From: Harriotta raleighana
Lineage: Eukaryota
Length of the DNA: 64,000 nt
Assembly: GCA_050575255.1 (NCBI GenBank)
Contig: JBNZDD010013727.1
Span: forward strand, 9,262,527 to 9,326,526
Direction of reading: 5' to 3'
Shown here: positions 12,333 to 24,664 of the stretch, piece after piece
Numbering within the stretch: position 1 is the stretch's first letter
How the letters are laid out: each line of letters begins with the position of its first letter
Position numbers and translations under genes: made by a program
Notes under the pieces: model-generated
The model's input: the letters and a program-made list of their open reading frames with translations, nothing else
The model's database searches: none
Told to the model about the DNA's origin: nothing

Positions 12333-12688
12333 GTCCTGCAGTATATTGATTAGAGCATTGGCCTCACAAGCAAGAGACCTGGACTTGATTCCAGGCAAGT
12401 TTCCTTACTCCACACAATTCTGTTTCCCTAGCCATAAACAATAACCTGGTTGTTAGTCAATTGGTGGATCACTTTCCTCGGGTAATAATCCCTTTTTAAA
12501 AAATAAAATTGGTCAATCAATCCATGACTATTTGTGGTACACTGCTTTAAACAATTGACGACTGTGTTTCGCCCATGAAATATACAGTCAATTCACTTTA
12601 CAGTATATTCTGTTACGCACTTTGAAACATCGCAAAGATGTGACAAGGTGCTGTATCAAATGTAAGGATTATTACAGTATTATTATTA
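12333..12688 (+). mobile_element. Young tRNA-derived SINE, long variant
   Basis: tRNA-like head, ggcaagtttccttactccac, an extra ~65-nt internal segment, Deu-like 3' half and (ATT)n tail. Confidence 0.8.
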
Positions 12689-13500
12689 AATGGTGGCCGA
12701 AAATAACTTCCTGTCTACACCTGACTGCTCCTTACTCATTCATCTGTTTCATTCCAAGGGTATAATAAATAGATTTACATAGGATGACAATAAATATATA
12801 CTATTTCGCAACTGCTAATTTGCATAAAACTTCATCTGTGCACCTAAATAAACATCACAAGCCTGTTAGGAGCAGTGTCTATGGAATACAGATTTGAATT
12901 TGCTACTAAGTAGAATAGAATGACTGCACGTAATTTGACTGATTATGGTTGTTGACCTCAAATGGCTTTAATCACATACAATCCTTTCAAATGTTTCTGA
13001 CATCAATCTCATACTCACTTACACAAAATAATCAACTCCCAGCATTTTCCATTCTTTTAATAGGTCCACTCTTCTGAAATGGAAAATGGGTATAGAAAGC
13101 CCTCCACTCTACATACAAGCACCAGCCACAACCTTGAGATATCACCACTAAGCTCTCCACCTTCTGAACTCAATAACTTACCATGCAAATTGCTGAAAAT
13201 ATTTTTAAATGTAATTTTAACTAATTTTAAGATGAAAGACTGCTTGTATATAAAGTGCACACTTTGGAAAGAAAGCTAGATTAATTGTTCTGGTGTATTT
13301 CCATTGTTTAAGCTTGAAAATATCTGATTTTCAAAGTTCACATTTCTCTCATTGTAAATTTGTATGTTCTTATGTCCTGTTCTTATCACACAGATAAAAT
13401 TGATCATTAGCTTAATGGCTGTTTATAGGACATTGGTCAAAAGATTTAGTGTACAGTGTAGTAACTGTTTTATTTTTGCAGATGAACTATAGGTCTTCTA

Positions 13501-13597
13501 CAAAAACAGAAGTTAATGGGAACACTTAGCAGGTCAGGCAGTATCTATGGAGAAAGGAAAGTGAGTCAACGTTTCAGGTCCAGGACCTTTCGCATAG
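13501..13597 (-). mobile_element. Penelope-like terminal repeat fragment with hammerhead motif
   Basis: Minus strand: TGCGA-A-AGGTC-CTG-GACCT-GAAA-CG-TT-GACT-cactttcctttctccatagatactgcctgacctgct. Confidence 0.78.
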
Positions 13598-15274
13598 TTT
13601 TTTTGTCTGATAATAAAAAAAACAGGAAACCAGAAATTGTTCAAATATTTGCCTGAAGGATATTGAACAAGGCTGGGAATTGGATCTTCCATATGAATCT
13701 CTCCTATCTGGATGTGGCTAGGATAAAATTGGTTCCCTCTGGAATTAATCCATTCTGTGTCAGAGGAACCGAATGATTTGTGTAGTACATGTAGCTCTCT
13801 TGTTTCCTTATCCCAAAACAATCTGAGACAGTGTGGTGTAATTTGCAGTAATTGTTAACTGGATTCTTTAATAAAGAATTGAAAGCTGAGGAAATGGAGA
13901 CCACTTCCAGAAACATGCATTGTAAATATAGCACAAGACATGCTGAGAAGCAGGGACACATAACAAAAAATGAAAATTTTTGGTCCAAATATTCCAATCC
14001 AGTTAACATACAAAAACTGAGGTGGATTCAATCCAGGGTCTTTATCTCCATTTGTCTGATAACTTTATGAGCAGTATTGAGTGACAATTCTGTGGCATTA
14101 TTGAACCATGAAAATACATACTAATGCAAAGTAGCTCATTTAGATTTTGGTCAAATTCCATAATTTAGTCTAAATTAAGATTTTTTATCCATATTCATGA
14201 AGCATTTCACTACGACCCCTAAGTGAAGCATCCAAATATGGATGCCATACAGAAACCAAAAAGGATGGCATGCCAACCCTCTGCTCTGAAAGTAGATTGT
14301 GTCTGGTACAGTTCATATGGCTTAGAGTGCCATATTTTTTAGATTCATGCTAAAGAATCCCATTAGAAATGACCGCGTATGAAACCCCATTGTATGTGTG
14401 TATATTCGGATTTCCTTGCTTGCTAATGGTAGAAGCAGGGAAATTGTTTTAATTGTATCAGACTTACATTAGTCAAAACTCTAGTTACTCATGTTTCTAT
14501 TTGATCTAATAATAAGACATCAATGAAGACAGAGATTTCTGAAGATACAACTTTATTTTGCTTTTGTGAGGAGATTGATCATTTAATTTCCTAATGCACT
14601 GATCCTTCTCTTCATACAGTATAAATTATAGGCATGTAACACACATCTAGAAATTATTTCTTGATTGCGGGCATTGTAATTAAAATGAATGCAAAGGCAA
14701 CCTACAGTTCCAGGGATCAGCCTGTATGATCATGCAAACAGATTACTTCACAGTGACAATAAATCCTAGATGATTTTATGCTCAGTTGAAAGATCCTCAT
14801 AATTGGCTTATGAAAAAAATATTACTGGTATGATTGATATAATACAATCATTGCAAATGTTAATAATAGCACTGAATAGACTGAGTATTATAATATGCCA
14901 CTCAAATCTCATATTTACATAGGCAGGTAAAAATATTAGTCTGATAGGGGAAATGTTCACAGGGTTCCAAGAAAGGTTTTGATGAAGAAGACTCTTCTAC
15001 CCATTTAATCTTGTCCTTCCAGAACACCCATCTTACTGCATTCTTGTCACAAATTATGAAGTTAATTTTTTAAATGCGTCCAAATTCCTGCCTTCCAAGT
15101 CTTCCTAGTAACCTGTTCTAGTTCTTAATTACTTTCTGGTTAAATAAATACTTTTTCGTGTCTGTCCTAAAATTACAATTCGCAACTTAAACCTGTCCTC
15201 TTCGTCTGCTATCTCAGTGCATCACATTGTATTCTTATTGGTTTACTTTGTGAATCCAATTTAAAATGGAAAGA

Positions 15275-15409
15275 TTGTGTGCAATTGGGCGCTACATTTC
15301 ACCCAAAAATGTACAGTCAATTCACTTTATAGTATATTTTGTGAAGCGCTTTGAGACGTCTAGAAGACGTGAAAAGTGCTATATCAAATGCAAGGATTAT
15401 TATTATTAT
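15275..15409 (+). mobile_element. Young SINE 3' fragment
   Basis: tacagtcaattcacttta..gaagcgctttgagacgtctagaagacgtgaaaagtgctatatcaaatgcaaggattattatt. Confidence 0.85.
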
Positions 15410-16740
15410 AAATCTTGTCTACCACTGTAAAGTTTACACCCAGACATCTCCATTGATGACTGAGGAGCCATAGTTTGTCTATTGCCTCGTTGCCCGTAGT
15501 TCATTTATTCTTATTGCTCTCCTCTTTGCTTCCCTTTGAGCCTGGGCAATTTGGGGTGCTGAACCATATGCATTCTCTAGATATGGCCTTCTGTGGATTT
15601 GAACAGGTTTGTTTGCTTTGGTTTCTTGTTTACCCAATAGATATTTGGGCTACTCAGAATGAGATAAATATAGAAGACAACTCATTATCCACTCTAATTT
15701 GGATCGCCTCCAATGCTGGATGCGGAAACAATGGGGATAATTGACTATCACAAAATATATAAAATAGGTAGATGGTAACCAAAAACCTTTTCATACATTA
15801 TGCTGTCACTGCCACCACACTGTACCAACCCACCTTTTTATCTGTCTTTTCCTCTCTTTCTCTCTCAGCCTTTCTTTCTTGCTCTGCTTCTGTAACAAAT
15901 TGCTGAATGACGCACTTTCTATGTGCTGTTGGTTCCAGTCACTCTGTGCAGATAAATTATGTTCCTAGTAATACCACATACATACATTTTATTTTTGCCA
16001 GTACTGTACATTATTATTGCTTCACTTCCACAATAGAGCCTATGTGAACAAAGGTTTGTGCAGACACTTGGCATGCAGCTAGTTTGATTGCAATAGATAG
16101 ATACTTAAGAAGTTACAGTATTGAGAGGTAATAAATAAAAAATAATCCTTGTGCAGTACTTGATATTGTCATGTCAGGAGGATACCTTAAAGCACTTCAT
16201 AAGATTTAGTAGTGACTGTGTATTTTGTAGGTAAATTACACAGTGGACAAAAGGCAGTGAAATGGAAATAAAAGATCTGTGATGGTTTATTAAACTAGCA
16301 GAATAGGCTTGACAAGTTTAATCTTTTTTTATGTCCCTATATTCTTATCTATCCCAAAGCCACATTTTAACTAATTTGTTCTTTCAATCCCTTACTCTAT
16401 AAATATGCCACAACCGAGAGTAGGCTTCCAGACCTTTATCGGCTAAGGGAGGCATAAAAGAATGGGGGAGCTTTCTTTCATTTCTTATGTGAGTGCATCT
16501 TACTGCCATCCAGTCAGACTGGCTCATATTGACAAATAGAAATTATTATGTTTCAGCTTTTTAAAAATGTGTCTATAGATGCTATTTTGCTTTTTTTTAT
16601 CTCTCTGGCAGCCTATGACTAGGTATTTTGTTTTTAAAATAAAATACATCTGTAAATCCATGGAGTTTGATGTTCCCCCCAAAAAATTTTATGTTGTGCA
16701 TTTTGTATTTACTGCACTGAGAGCACTTGTTGTTTGATAG

Positions 16741-17201
16741 CAGAAAGAGAAATCACTGGGAACATTCAAGCAAGTCAGGCAGCATTTATGGAGAAAGGAA
16801 AGTGAGTCAATGTTTCGGGTCATGACACTTAGTCAGAACTGGGACTTGTTGGGAGGGAGAGGCTTTTAAGCACTAACAGAAAGGGAAAGACAGGACAAGA
16901 AAGACAAAGAAAATAGGGGTAGAGGACAGAAGATGATTAGTTAAAGAGTTGTTAATGTTCTGAAACAAAAGGGGGGATTGCAACAAAACTGGAGAGAAGA
17001 GGAGATAATAATGTTAAACAAAGAGGGGGTGAAACTGCAAAAGAACAGGCAGATCAGATGGTCACAGGAGAGGTGGAGGGGGAAGGTGAGCTGTTATGAC
17101 TTGAAATTATTGAAATCAATATTGAGGACAGAGGGCTATAAGGTCCCTAGCAGATAGATACGATGCTGTTCCTCGAACAGTTCCGCGGTGCCGTTGTTCC
17201 A
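16741..17201 (-). mobile_element. Penelope-like element 3' fragment: GIY-YIG endonuclease C-terminus, pyrimidine-rich UTR and hammerhead-bearing terminal repeat
   Basis: 17180->17094 translates LFEEQHRIYLLGTL*PSVLNIDFNNFKS*, resembling the typical PLE ending EQxxIxxLxTLxPxGLN; 16840->16805 reads AGTT-CTGACTA-A-GTGTC-AT-GACCC-GAAA-CA-TT-GACT. Confidence 0.82.
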
Positions 17202-17202
17202 G

Positions 17203-17363
17203 GTGACTATTTGTGGAACACTACTGTGCGAAATTGGCTGCAACAGTTCACCCACAAAATACACAGTGAATTCACTTTCCAGTATTTCCTGCAAAGCTCT
17301 TTGAGAAATCTGGATGAGGTGATAAGACGCTGTTTCAAATACAAGCATTATTATTATTATTAT
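17203..17363 (+). mobile_element. SINE 3' half
   Basis: gactatttgtggaacactactgtgcgaaattggctgc...cgctgtttcaaatacaagcattattatt. Confidence 0.75.
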
Positions 17364-17419
17364 GTTGCAGGAGGAGACAAAGGTCCATGGCCTCACCTCT
17401 CGCGGCTCTATTCATTCCC

Positions 17420-18450
17420 AAAACACCAACAACAACATAATTTCATTTGTATAGCGTCTTTCATTTTAGGAGGACGTCTCAAGGTGCTGGACAGTTATTG
17501 ATTCAGATCCGAGCTGAGGAGGTGGGGGGTGGGGGGAGGGGAAATAATTGCCAATGGGTTCATCAAAGAGGAGAGTCTTGAGGCGAGACTTGAAGGAGGC
17601 TAGGGAGAGTCCAGAGGGACTTCGGGATGGAGTTATTAATAATAATAATCCTTGCATTTGATATAGCGCTTTTCACACCTTATCGATGTCTCAAAGCGCT
17701 TCACAGAATATTCTGTAAAGTGAATTGACTGTATATTTGTGGGCGAAATGCGGCAGCCAATTGCGCACAGCAGTGTCCCACAAACAGTCATGGATTGAAA
17801 TGACCAATTTTATTACGTATTGTGTTTTTTTTTGGAGGGATTATTATTAGGCATGTGGAGTAAGGAAACTTCCCAAGGTTTCACCCTGATCTGCCTGGAT
17901 TCGAACACAGGTCTCACGCTTGTAAGGTGAGTGCTCTAACCACTGAGCTACAGGAGCTCCTCCAGAGGTTGGGGGCAGAGAGACTGAAGGCTCTGCCGCC
18001 AATGGTTGGGCAGGTGGGTCGAGGACATGGAGCAGGACGGAGGGGCCGGGTGGGTTGATAGGAGGTCACGGATGTATGGTGGAGCGAAGTTGTGGAGGGC
18101 TTTAAATGTAAGGACCAGGATCTTGAATTGGATCCTCTGGATGACGGAGAGCCAATGGAGTCGGGCAAAGATGGGCAAGATGGGATCACAGAGTTTGGGA
18201 GGGTAGAGGACATGGTCCGCAGAGTTTTGGATTATCTGCAGCCTGTGTAGGGAGAAATTGGGAAGGCCGACCAACAAGGCAATTGCATAATCGAGCCGGG
18301 ATGTAATGAAGGCGTGGATGAGGGTTTCAGTGGCTTTAGGGGTGAGGTAATGGCGGAGTTGGGAAATGTTGCGGGAGTAGGGAAAGGCAGAGCGAGTCAT
18401 TACCCTGGATGTGAGGGTGGAAAGACAGTTGAAGATTGAACAAGTTGAGG
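17420..18450 (-). mobile_element. L2 LINE 3' ~700 bp interrupted by a SINE
   Basis: ORF 17948-18400 reads ATETLIHAFITSRLDY..LQIIQNSA..LHWL..IQFKILVLTFKALH, a classic L2 ORF2 C-terminus; tail at 17420-17495. Confidence 0.93.
17634..17960 (-). mobile_element. Full-length young tRNA-derived SINE (short variant)
   Basis: A box tagctcagtggttagagc, B box gttcgaatcc, body and (ATT)n tail. Confidence 0.92.
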
Positions 18451-19102
18451 GTCGAAAAACATGTTCCTATTACACTATGAAACCTCTTCTGTGCAGTGAA
18501 CACTTCCTACCCTCTTTCCTCCTCACTATTGCAGTGCACCACACATCATCAATGTTTCCCTCTGATATCCCTTCATCTGAAGGACATTGTTATCCAGAGT
18601 TGAACTGTTATGCAGGATCTTGGACTTTTGGGCATAGAGAATGTCACGCATGAGTTCTTCCCTTATCTTTCACTGTCCTCATCTTGCTCCTTCATCTCTT
18701 CCTCTTCTTGCTCAACCTTTAATGATGAAATCAATCTTTAATATCTGTGGAGAGAGAGGCTGCAAGAAATAATAAATAATTGTAATCCTTGCATTTGATG
18801 CAGGACTTTTCAACAACAACAACAACTTGCGTTTATATAGCATTTTGGTAGCATCTATCCCATATAAAAGGAAAGCGTTTGACAATGGTGGAGTCAGGGA
18901 GAGAGGAAAGGTAACGATTGACACATTTGAAGAGGAAGATCTTCAGGTGGAATTGAAAAGGCTAAAGAGGGACAAGGCAAACCGATTGTGGTGGAGAGTT
19001 CCAGAAATTGTGGAAAGGATGTGCAGAGGACAGAGTCAGCTGATCAAATGGGACAAGTGGGGTGTTCACAAGTAGAAGAAGTAGGGAGGTGTTGGGGCAT
19101 GT

Positions 19103-19403
19103 GGAGTCCTGTGGCTCAGTGGTTAGAGCATTCGCCTCGCAGGCGAAAGACCTGGTTTCAATTCACGGCAGGGCGATACCTTGAGCAAGTTTCCTTACTC
19201 CACAAACCTGATAATAATCACTCAAGAATAAAAATAAATTGGACACTTCAATCCATGACTGTTTGTAGGACATTCCTGTGCGCAATTGTCTACCAAATTT
19301 TGCCCACAAATGTACAGTCAATTCACTTTATAGCATCTTCTGTGAAGCTCTTTGAGATGCCTGGAATACATGAACCCACTACGTCAAATGCTAGGATTAT
19401 TAG
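19103..19403 (+). mobile_element. Full-length young tRNA-derived SINE
   Basis: ggagtcctgtggctcagtggttagagcattcgcctcgcaggcga...gcaagtttccttactccac...ggattattag. Confidence 0.9.
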
Positions 19404-21169
19404 TATATTGTTATTTTATGAAATGTCTTTCATGTCAGAAGAAGATTTCAAAGTGCTTCACAGAGTTTTTACTGAAAAGTAAAGCGACTGTGTATTTTGT
19501 AGAATCATAGCTAAATGATCATTAGTATCACGTGTTCTGCTGCTTGTACCAAGCTTAGAATTGTGGTCTGCTATAAATCATTATCCTCTGAGACATTACC
19601 ATGTACATACTTGAGTTTATCATTGTGTTGGCAAGATATGAAATGGCACGGTTGTATCTCAAACTAGTGCTGTGTAAAAAATCCTCCTTCTATTGCTTCA
19701 TTTTCTTTCTTTGCAGCTGGCTTCAGCTTGCTGAAAGATCTTCCCACCTCTAACAAGACATTTTAAAGTCGCTGGCAAGAATGAACAGGAAGTTATATCT
19801 AGCTATTTTATCCTATTTTCCCTATCCTGGGTAATGCTGCAATGCCCCAGTAATCCCTTGAACTCAATCATTCCATGAGCCAGGACTTGCTGATAACAGG
19901 AGCTTAACCCAATCCTTCCAATCCTTCCCCCTTCCTCTTCTCAGGCTTGGGGACAATTGCCTTTTTCTTGGGGGGGGTGGGGGGGCAGAGGGGAGTGCAG
20001 TTCTCACTGAAACAGAGATTTATATGTGTCAGACAAGATCCTAACCTCTTAGTCTTGGGAAGAGACCGCAGTGCCTCGTTCTGAAAATGGTTTCTGATTA
20101 TTGATGGTCCTGCCATCAGTTTTGACCCTTACAGAGATAGTGGTATAGAGATCACTTTTTGCACATGGCTCAGCCCCAAATTGCCTCCAGAGACTTCTAT
20201 ACATATTTGGCTGACAAAAGATACCAATTGCCTGAAAATCCTATTCTCGGTGGGGGAGTGGGGGCTGGTGTGGGTGGGGTGGGGGGCAGGGGGGAGGCTA
20301 GGATACAGCGTGAAAAGAAAGCTACATCATCATGTCTACTATCTTGTACAGAGAATAAATTGGAACATTATTATCACAAAGGAACTCTGTGGAAATGTAC
20401 TGTGCTATTTGTACCTAATCAACAACAGCAGGAGGTTCCTGTAATTTATTTTTCCACTAAACAGCGATAGTTCAGTGCAAAACATGTACACATTAATTTA
20501 TGATGGCTAATCTCTGGTTTTAGGTTAAAGTGTGGTGTGCAAATTCAGTCATATGTAAAATCTAATGGTATAAGAATAGTGTTTTGATTCAATTTTGTGA
20601 CATTCTACGACTATGGGGGAGAATAGCTCAGCACTTATATCTCTATGGGGAATCTCCATATTTCGCAGGCACTTCTACTGTCAAAACGTAGGTATAATTT
20701 TTTACTCTGTGCATCTCCAGCACTCAATAAATAGGAGACAGAATGTGACAGATTCTTAAATGCAGACTTAGTGGGGGGAGAAATTCAACCTGGATCTAGA
20801 TTTACTTTTTTTTAGTGTTTCTTGAACTGTGCAAGTTCTTATATTCTTTTAAGAACTTCAGATAACCAAAGTTAAGGCTGATAAATTTGGCGAATTCGGC
20901 ATTAAGAACATCTAAGAAATAAAATAAATTCCTCCCACTAAGTATCCACCTGAATATATAACAGGAAAAGTCCCAGATCCAAAAACATCCATTCAGGACA
21001 GGCTGTAGCCACCAGTTGAATTGTAGGCAAAGTACCTAACTTTGAGCATTAATTGATTATCTGTTGATCAGGGCACTTCAGACATGAGTGACTTAGGTCT
21101 TAATTAGCACACCACACATTACAGTGTTCAGCTCAATGCATTTGGTAAACTTCACTTACATTCATGTTT

Positions 21170-21463
21170 CTAAATGTGCGTGTACTCATGTCGTCCACAA
21201 ATGTACAGTCACTACACTTTACAGTCACTGAGATTGATAGATTTCTTGTGAATAAAGGGATTAAGGGATATGGGGATAAGGTGGGTAGAATAAATCGGCC
21301 ATGATCTTATTGAATGGCAGGGCAGGCTTGAGGGGCTGAATGGCTTACTCCTGCTCCCAATTCATATGTTCTTATGTTCTATGTAGAGTATATTCTGTGA
21401 ATCGCTTTGAGATGTCTAGAACATGTGAAAAACGCTATATCAAATGCAAGGATTATTATTGTT
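21170..21463 (+). mobile_element. SINE 3' half with a nested CR1 3' tail (21228-21380)
   Basis: The SINE resumes (gagtatattctgtgaatcgctttgag) after the CR1 tail ending ttcatatgttcttatgttct. Confidence 0.82.
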
Positions 21464-22489
21464 AATATTAGATTTTTTCAAATGTTTGCTCTGTTTATTT
21501 TGAATAATCTATAGGCAGGAGTAAACTCAGAATATCAAAGTCCTTGTCTGATGCCTTTTGTATCACAAGAGAAATTTATACCAGCAATGCTACTATTACC
21601 ATTTGAGAATAAGGCAGTTACTAACAGAACTGTGTTTTCTCCATAACTAAACAACCAGCCAACATTCACTGGATCGTGTATCATGCTGATACTTGAGAAC
21701 CTTACCCAAAAGGAGACCATCTCAGAGATTGCACTGAAGTGGAATTACTGTAAGGTGTCACATATCTGATTACTATCAGCATTCAATAGTAACAGTCTAG
21801 GTTATACCTCCTCCGGTTTGAATCCTATTAACAAACGTTCTCCCCATTCTACAAGGTACCCAATTCAACACTTCGACAAACTAGCCTATCATGTGAACCT
21901 GACTTTCTCTCTTCAGATATAATTTTATCTAATATGAATTTCCATCTTATTCTGTTTTTATCTCATCCTCCCACAAAACCATACACATCACTTCACAGAA
22001 TATCCTGTGAAATACTTTGAGACATCCTCCTTTTGTGTTTGAAATGTGCTATAACAATTGATTATTATCTGGCATTTCCCTGATATCTGAATCATTTCTG
22101 AGTTTGTTTTATTACTTTTTAATCCCTGATTTTGCATTACAGTTAACATGTACTGTAATAAGAATTTGCAGTATACACATAGGAAACTGATTCAGATATT
22201 TGCTGGTATTCTGACCATAGCGAGTTGACATCATATTCAATGCCAAAATAGTTTTACATCAATGTCAGGGTTTATCATTTACAACCCATTTACAATGCCT
22301 ACTTTATCAATCAATCAATAATTACGNTTTTACATCAATGTCAGGGTTTATCATTTACAACCCATTTACAATGCCTATGTTATCAATCAATCAATAATTA
22401 CATTTATATAGTGCCTTTCACGTCGGGAGGACGTCCCAAGGCGCTGAACAGTCAAATAGGGATCAGAACAGGGGGGAGTGATACACTTG

Positions 22490-22690
22490 AATAGCTCATC
22501 ATTCCCGAGGAAAGGTGCTAGTGGAATTTTCCACCTTTATTCACATTGGATGAAAATATCACCTCCAACAATCCAGCACCCCCAATACTCTATTGGAGTG
22601 TAACATTAGACAATGAGTTTCAATTCCAGATTTAGGGTTTAAACCCACAGCTTTCTGACTCAGAAGCGAGTGCAACCAACTGAGCCAATC
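22490..22690 (-). mobile_element. Deu-SINE 5' half
   Basis: Minus-strand head ggctcagttggttgcactcgcttctgagtcagaaagctgtgggtttaaaccc. Confidence 0.7.
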
Positions 22691-22844
22691 TGATGCATAA
22701 AAATATGAATGCGTACTCTACCATTAGTTTGAGGCCCATTAAACAACCACCAAGTATTAATAAATTATTTTCATTTGTTATTAAGCATGTAATGACACTT
22801 GTACTTGTACAAAAGTACAATGACATTTTGTACTTTTTTTTTAC

Positions 22845-22965
22845 TGATTATTATCAGGTGGGTGTGTAGAGTAAGGAAACTTACCCAAGGTTTCACCCTG
22901 CCTGGAATTGAACACTGGTCTCTCACTAAAAAGGCGAGTGCTCTGACCACTGAGCTATAGGACTT
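22845..22965 (-). mobile_element. Young SINE 5' part
   Basis: Minus strand gtcctatagctcagtggtcagagcactcgcc..gtgttcaattccaggcagggtgaaaccttgggtaagtttccttactc. Confidence 0.85.
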
Positions 22966-24664
22966 CTTAATCTGTCACTAGGAGGTGCTAATTTTGTCTT
23001 CTGAGAGACTCGCTCCCTACTTACCCTTGATGCTGGGATAATATCCCATTACACATACCATGAGTGCTACCTTCAAATGAAAGGAGTGCTTGTGGGTCTG
23101 CCACCAAATTGTTTGTTTAGTATCATCTCAAGACCGCATGAATTTAATGAATCTGTACAAAGCTCAGCACCTATGGAATTGTGACCAATGGAATGTATTG
23201 GTTTCATAACCTCACCACTAAATTTAGTGGCTGCTTGAAAAAAATTGGAATATGTAGTTAACATTGTTTATACTGCCACAATCAAGACTTCTGTATAATC
23301 TTACCAAACATAAAATTGCATTAATTCCAATGGCAACTGGAATTTCACCTTCTGGAGAGATAAAGGAGGGAAATCATAAAGTAGCTTAAAGTAAACACTT
23401 TCACCAATAGGTTCATATCTCTGCATACTGTTAACTGTGTTCAGTTAAAATGTTATGGTAATTTTGTGTAACCTCTCAAATGACTTGTTCAGCATCTATA
23501 GAACTGGATTTCAATACATTGTAGCTCTCAGCAGTACAATTATTGGGTCAATTTAGCCCTGTATGAGGAATGAACTTTTTGCAATCTTAGCTGACTGCTG
23601 AATCTAACTGCAAAATTTGCGCAATCCTTAATGAGAGCCATTTATTTACTGAGGCTATTTTAACATGCAGCTTGTTGTGTTCTTAATAAGCCATTGCTTA
23701 ATCAGATTTATCAATCAAAGAGTTGTTTGAGCTAAGTGGTCGTAAAATGGAGTGAGATTGCCTTTATTATGACACACAACTGGAAGGATGGTATAATGCA
23801 AAGCTGGGGAATAATTTCCTTTCCAATTAATCAATTTTAAAGCTTATTAGTTTAACCTAACTATAGAAAGCTAATGATTAATTAATCACATATTATTTGG
23901 AGTTTATGAAAAGAACAGAACAGTCATATTAAGATTTTCTCATCTGAATGTCGTCAATTCATTCAGTATGTATTTTTATATAGTGTATATGATTTCCCTT
24001 ACAATGTACTGACATATCGCATTACATTACATAAAGAAGTGTTTCCAATGCAGGTAATCTTTTATGGCAATTGTATAAGGTCACACAATGCTTCACTTCC
24101 CAATCAGAGCAATGAGCAAAAGAGCGAGGGATATAAAAAATCTGTTGTTAATGTACTTGCATTTGTGTTTAGATATGAAGTCATGTGTCTAACATTCACA
24201 GAAATCTATTGTCATGCTGAAGATATTCAAACCAGACTGATTTTCATGGAAATTTACCTTTAACTTGAATAGATTATGTATTCTCTCCTTGGAGAGATGC
24301 ATCTGCTAAAACAATTCGGTAAAGTATTGGGCACAGGGTGACAAGAGCTCAGACTTGGGGCCAAGAGTATGCACTGGAGCTTAACTAACTAAAAGTTGCA
24401 AACTCTGTCTGGCTCACTTCCCACTACTTACCCAACTTGGCCCACCTTACCCATTACGAATTTGACTTGCAGTGTTGAGCAAATTGGAAAAATTCCTGCC
24501 CCCAGTGACTGGTCTGCCCCTCCAAGACTTGTCAGTGAGCCAGACTGGCTGGTCTGAGATCTACAATGCATTGAAATAGTGTAGACTACCACAAGACTAT
24601 GAAGACTCCCACAAAGGGTTATCACGATCCTGGCCTACATTGGCAAGGGCCAAACAGCTATGAC

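Noticed and set aside
17890-17960. tRNA gene-like sequence (also at 19103, 50700 and 55360)
   Set aside because: It is the SINE head: it runs directly into the repeated SINE body and lacks a proper acceptor stem
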